Shown piece after piece: positions 62,705 to 64,000 of a stretch of 64,000 nucleotides of DNA. The stretch is taken from assembly GCA_963719315.1 (NCBI GenBank), contig CAVRBU010000001.1:160001-224000 (forward strand), given 5' to 3'. The DNA is from an uncultured Planctomycetota bacterium (GTDB lineage: Bacteria; Planctomycetota; Planctomycetia; Pirellulales; Lacipirellulaceae). The notes beneath the pieces are model-generated. The model ran no database searches. It was given only the letters and a program-made list of their open reading frames with translations, and had not been told where the DNA came from. A program made the position numbers and the translations under genes. The first letter of the stretch is position 1; each line of letters begins with the position of its first letter.

Positions 62705-63538
62705 ATGGAGCGTTTATTCAAGGGCAAAAAGGGTTTGATTACTGGTGTGTTCAACAAGCAGTCGATCGCTTGGGCCATCGCCGACCAGATTCTCAATGGT
62801 GGCGGCACTTGCGGCTTTTCTTACATGCCAGACAAGCCGGATGACGAGCGGAAGAAAAACCTCGGCCGCGTCACAAAGCTTATTGAAGGCAATCCGCAAG
62901 CTTCGTTCGTCCAACCAATGGATGTGACAAATGACGAGCATATCGCCGAATTGATGCGCGTCGCGAAAGAGAAACTGGGCGGCCTCGATTTCCTACTGCA
63001 CTCGATTGCGTTTGCTCTGCCGGATGATCTGAAACGCGACACGATTGAGACCAGCCGCGCGGGCTTCAAACTGGCAATGGAAATCAGCGCGTACAGCTTG
63101 ATTGCACTGGCGAATGCGGCGCGCGATATTCTCAACCCGGGCGCTACGATTTTGACGCTCACGTATTACGGTGGCGAGCGGCCGGTGCCCGGCTACAACG
63201 TGATGGGCATCTGCAAAGCGGCACTCGATTCGATAGTGAAATATCTTGCGTACGATCTCGGCCCGCGCGGCGTGCGGATCAACGCGCTAAGCCCCGGACC
63301 GCTGCAAACGATCTCCGGGCGCGGCGCCGGCGTCGACGAAATGCTTGGCTTGTACGAATCGATGGCACCGCTCGGGCGGAATGTCACGCACGAAGAGGCG
63401 GGCAAATGCGGCGCATTTTTGCTGTCGGAGATGTCATCGGGCATCACGGGTGAAATCCTGCACCTCGATGGCGGGTACAACATCATGGGCTCGCCGGGGC
63501 GAATGCTGGATCAAATCAAAGCGGCGAAAATTTCGTAG
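62705..63538 (+). CDS. fabI: Enoyl-ACP reductase
   Basis: GGAGG RBS; SIAWAIA, HSIAFA, ISAYSL, YNVMGICKAAL, GITGEILHLDGG. Confidence 0.92.
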   Translation: MERLFKGKKGLITGVFNKQSIAWAIADQILNGGGTCGFSYMPDKPDDERKKNLGRVTKLIEGNPQASFVQPMDVTNDEHIAELMRVAKEKLGGLDFLLHSIAFALPDDLKRDTIETSRAGFKLAMEISAYSLIALANAARDILNPGATILTLTYYGGERPVPGYNVMGICKAALDSIVKYLAYDLGPRGVRINALSPGPLQTISGRGAGVDEMLGLYESMAPLGRNVTHEEAGKCGAFLLSEMSSGITGEILHLDGGYNIMGSPGRMLDQIKAAKIS

Positions 63539-63785
63539 GTCAGGCATTCCAGACAGACCCGGCAACGGAAGGACGCAAGTCTGTCGCACCACATCCGCTA
63601 GCACTTGTCCAAATGAGTGAATCGGCCTAGGTCGCTGCGATGGTTGGATGCTAGAGTGTGCAAACTTTACAAAAACAGCGTGGCGGCGAACCGTTGCCGC
63701 GATGTGTTGCGTAAAGACTAAACGACTTGGTTTCACCGCATGGTTTGAACGATCGACCGCGCTTTGCTGAGCCAGCGCCCGCGCG

Positions 63786-63802
63786 TTGGCCCGAGGTTTG
63801 CT
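63786..63802 (+). promoter_or_regulatory. Sigma54 (-24/-12) promoter motif
   Basis: TTGGCCCGAGGTTTGCT = GG-N10-GC. Confidence 0.6.
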
Positions 63803-63941
63803 GAGAGCGGCCGACAACCCAGTTCGTGGCAAGACTTGCCACGATCGCGGATCCGACGATCCGCAAAGCTGCATACTGCGTTGCCAAGGATTTTCGGCAA
63901 CGAGTTGCGTGCCACAAGGACGTAGCACGGAGGAACAGAGC

Positions 63942-64000
63942 ATGGAAGCTCGCATCACTCGCGCCGTAAATGTTTCGTCTCTGATTGTTGTTTGCTGGCT
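63942..64000 (+). CDS. Start of a probable exported protein (truncated by the window edge)
   Basis: GGAGGA RBS then MEARITRAVNVSSLIVVCW. Confidence 0.55.
   Translation, partial: MEARITRAVNVSSLIVVCW

Overview
GC-rich bacterial chromosomal window, almost certainly from a planctomycete (inferred Pirellulales-like: Planctomycete extracellular LEDRRMM signature, a divergent stand-alone dnaA, fused CcsBA, typical intergenic palindromic repeats). In order it holds: a lysine-catabolism locus (saccharopine/lysine dehydrogenase-family gene + ALDH7, divergent from an unannotated VOC/DUF1338-like gene); a methyltransferase remnant and a candidate sigma54-dependent small RNA; metH; a ~22 kb Wzx/Wzy exopolysaccharide cluster (FnlABC and bacillosamine-type enzymes, with a three-domain GT4-PGT-acetyltransferase fusion); a secreted S8 protease; and housekeeping genes (dihydroorotase, miaE, leuB, dnaA, ccsBA, hisN, rpmB, gatCAB, SAM hydrolase, bioA, sigma54 activator, fabI). 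About 12 single frameshifts split otherwise intact genes and are most likely sequencing/assembly indels. No rRNA, tRNA, CRISPR array or transposase was seen. Main leads: (1) 7 of 14 EPS-cluster proteins end in Ala-Ala versus 0 of 28 other complete proteins, suggesting pathway-wide C-terminal degrons; (2) the HglS-like gene in the lysine locus; (3) the sigma54 sRNA candidate; (4) the trifunctional glycan-initiation fusion; (5) an HTH-acidic linker-TM protein near dnaA. All calls were made by eye, with no database searches.
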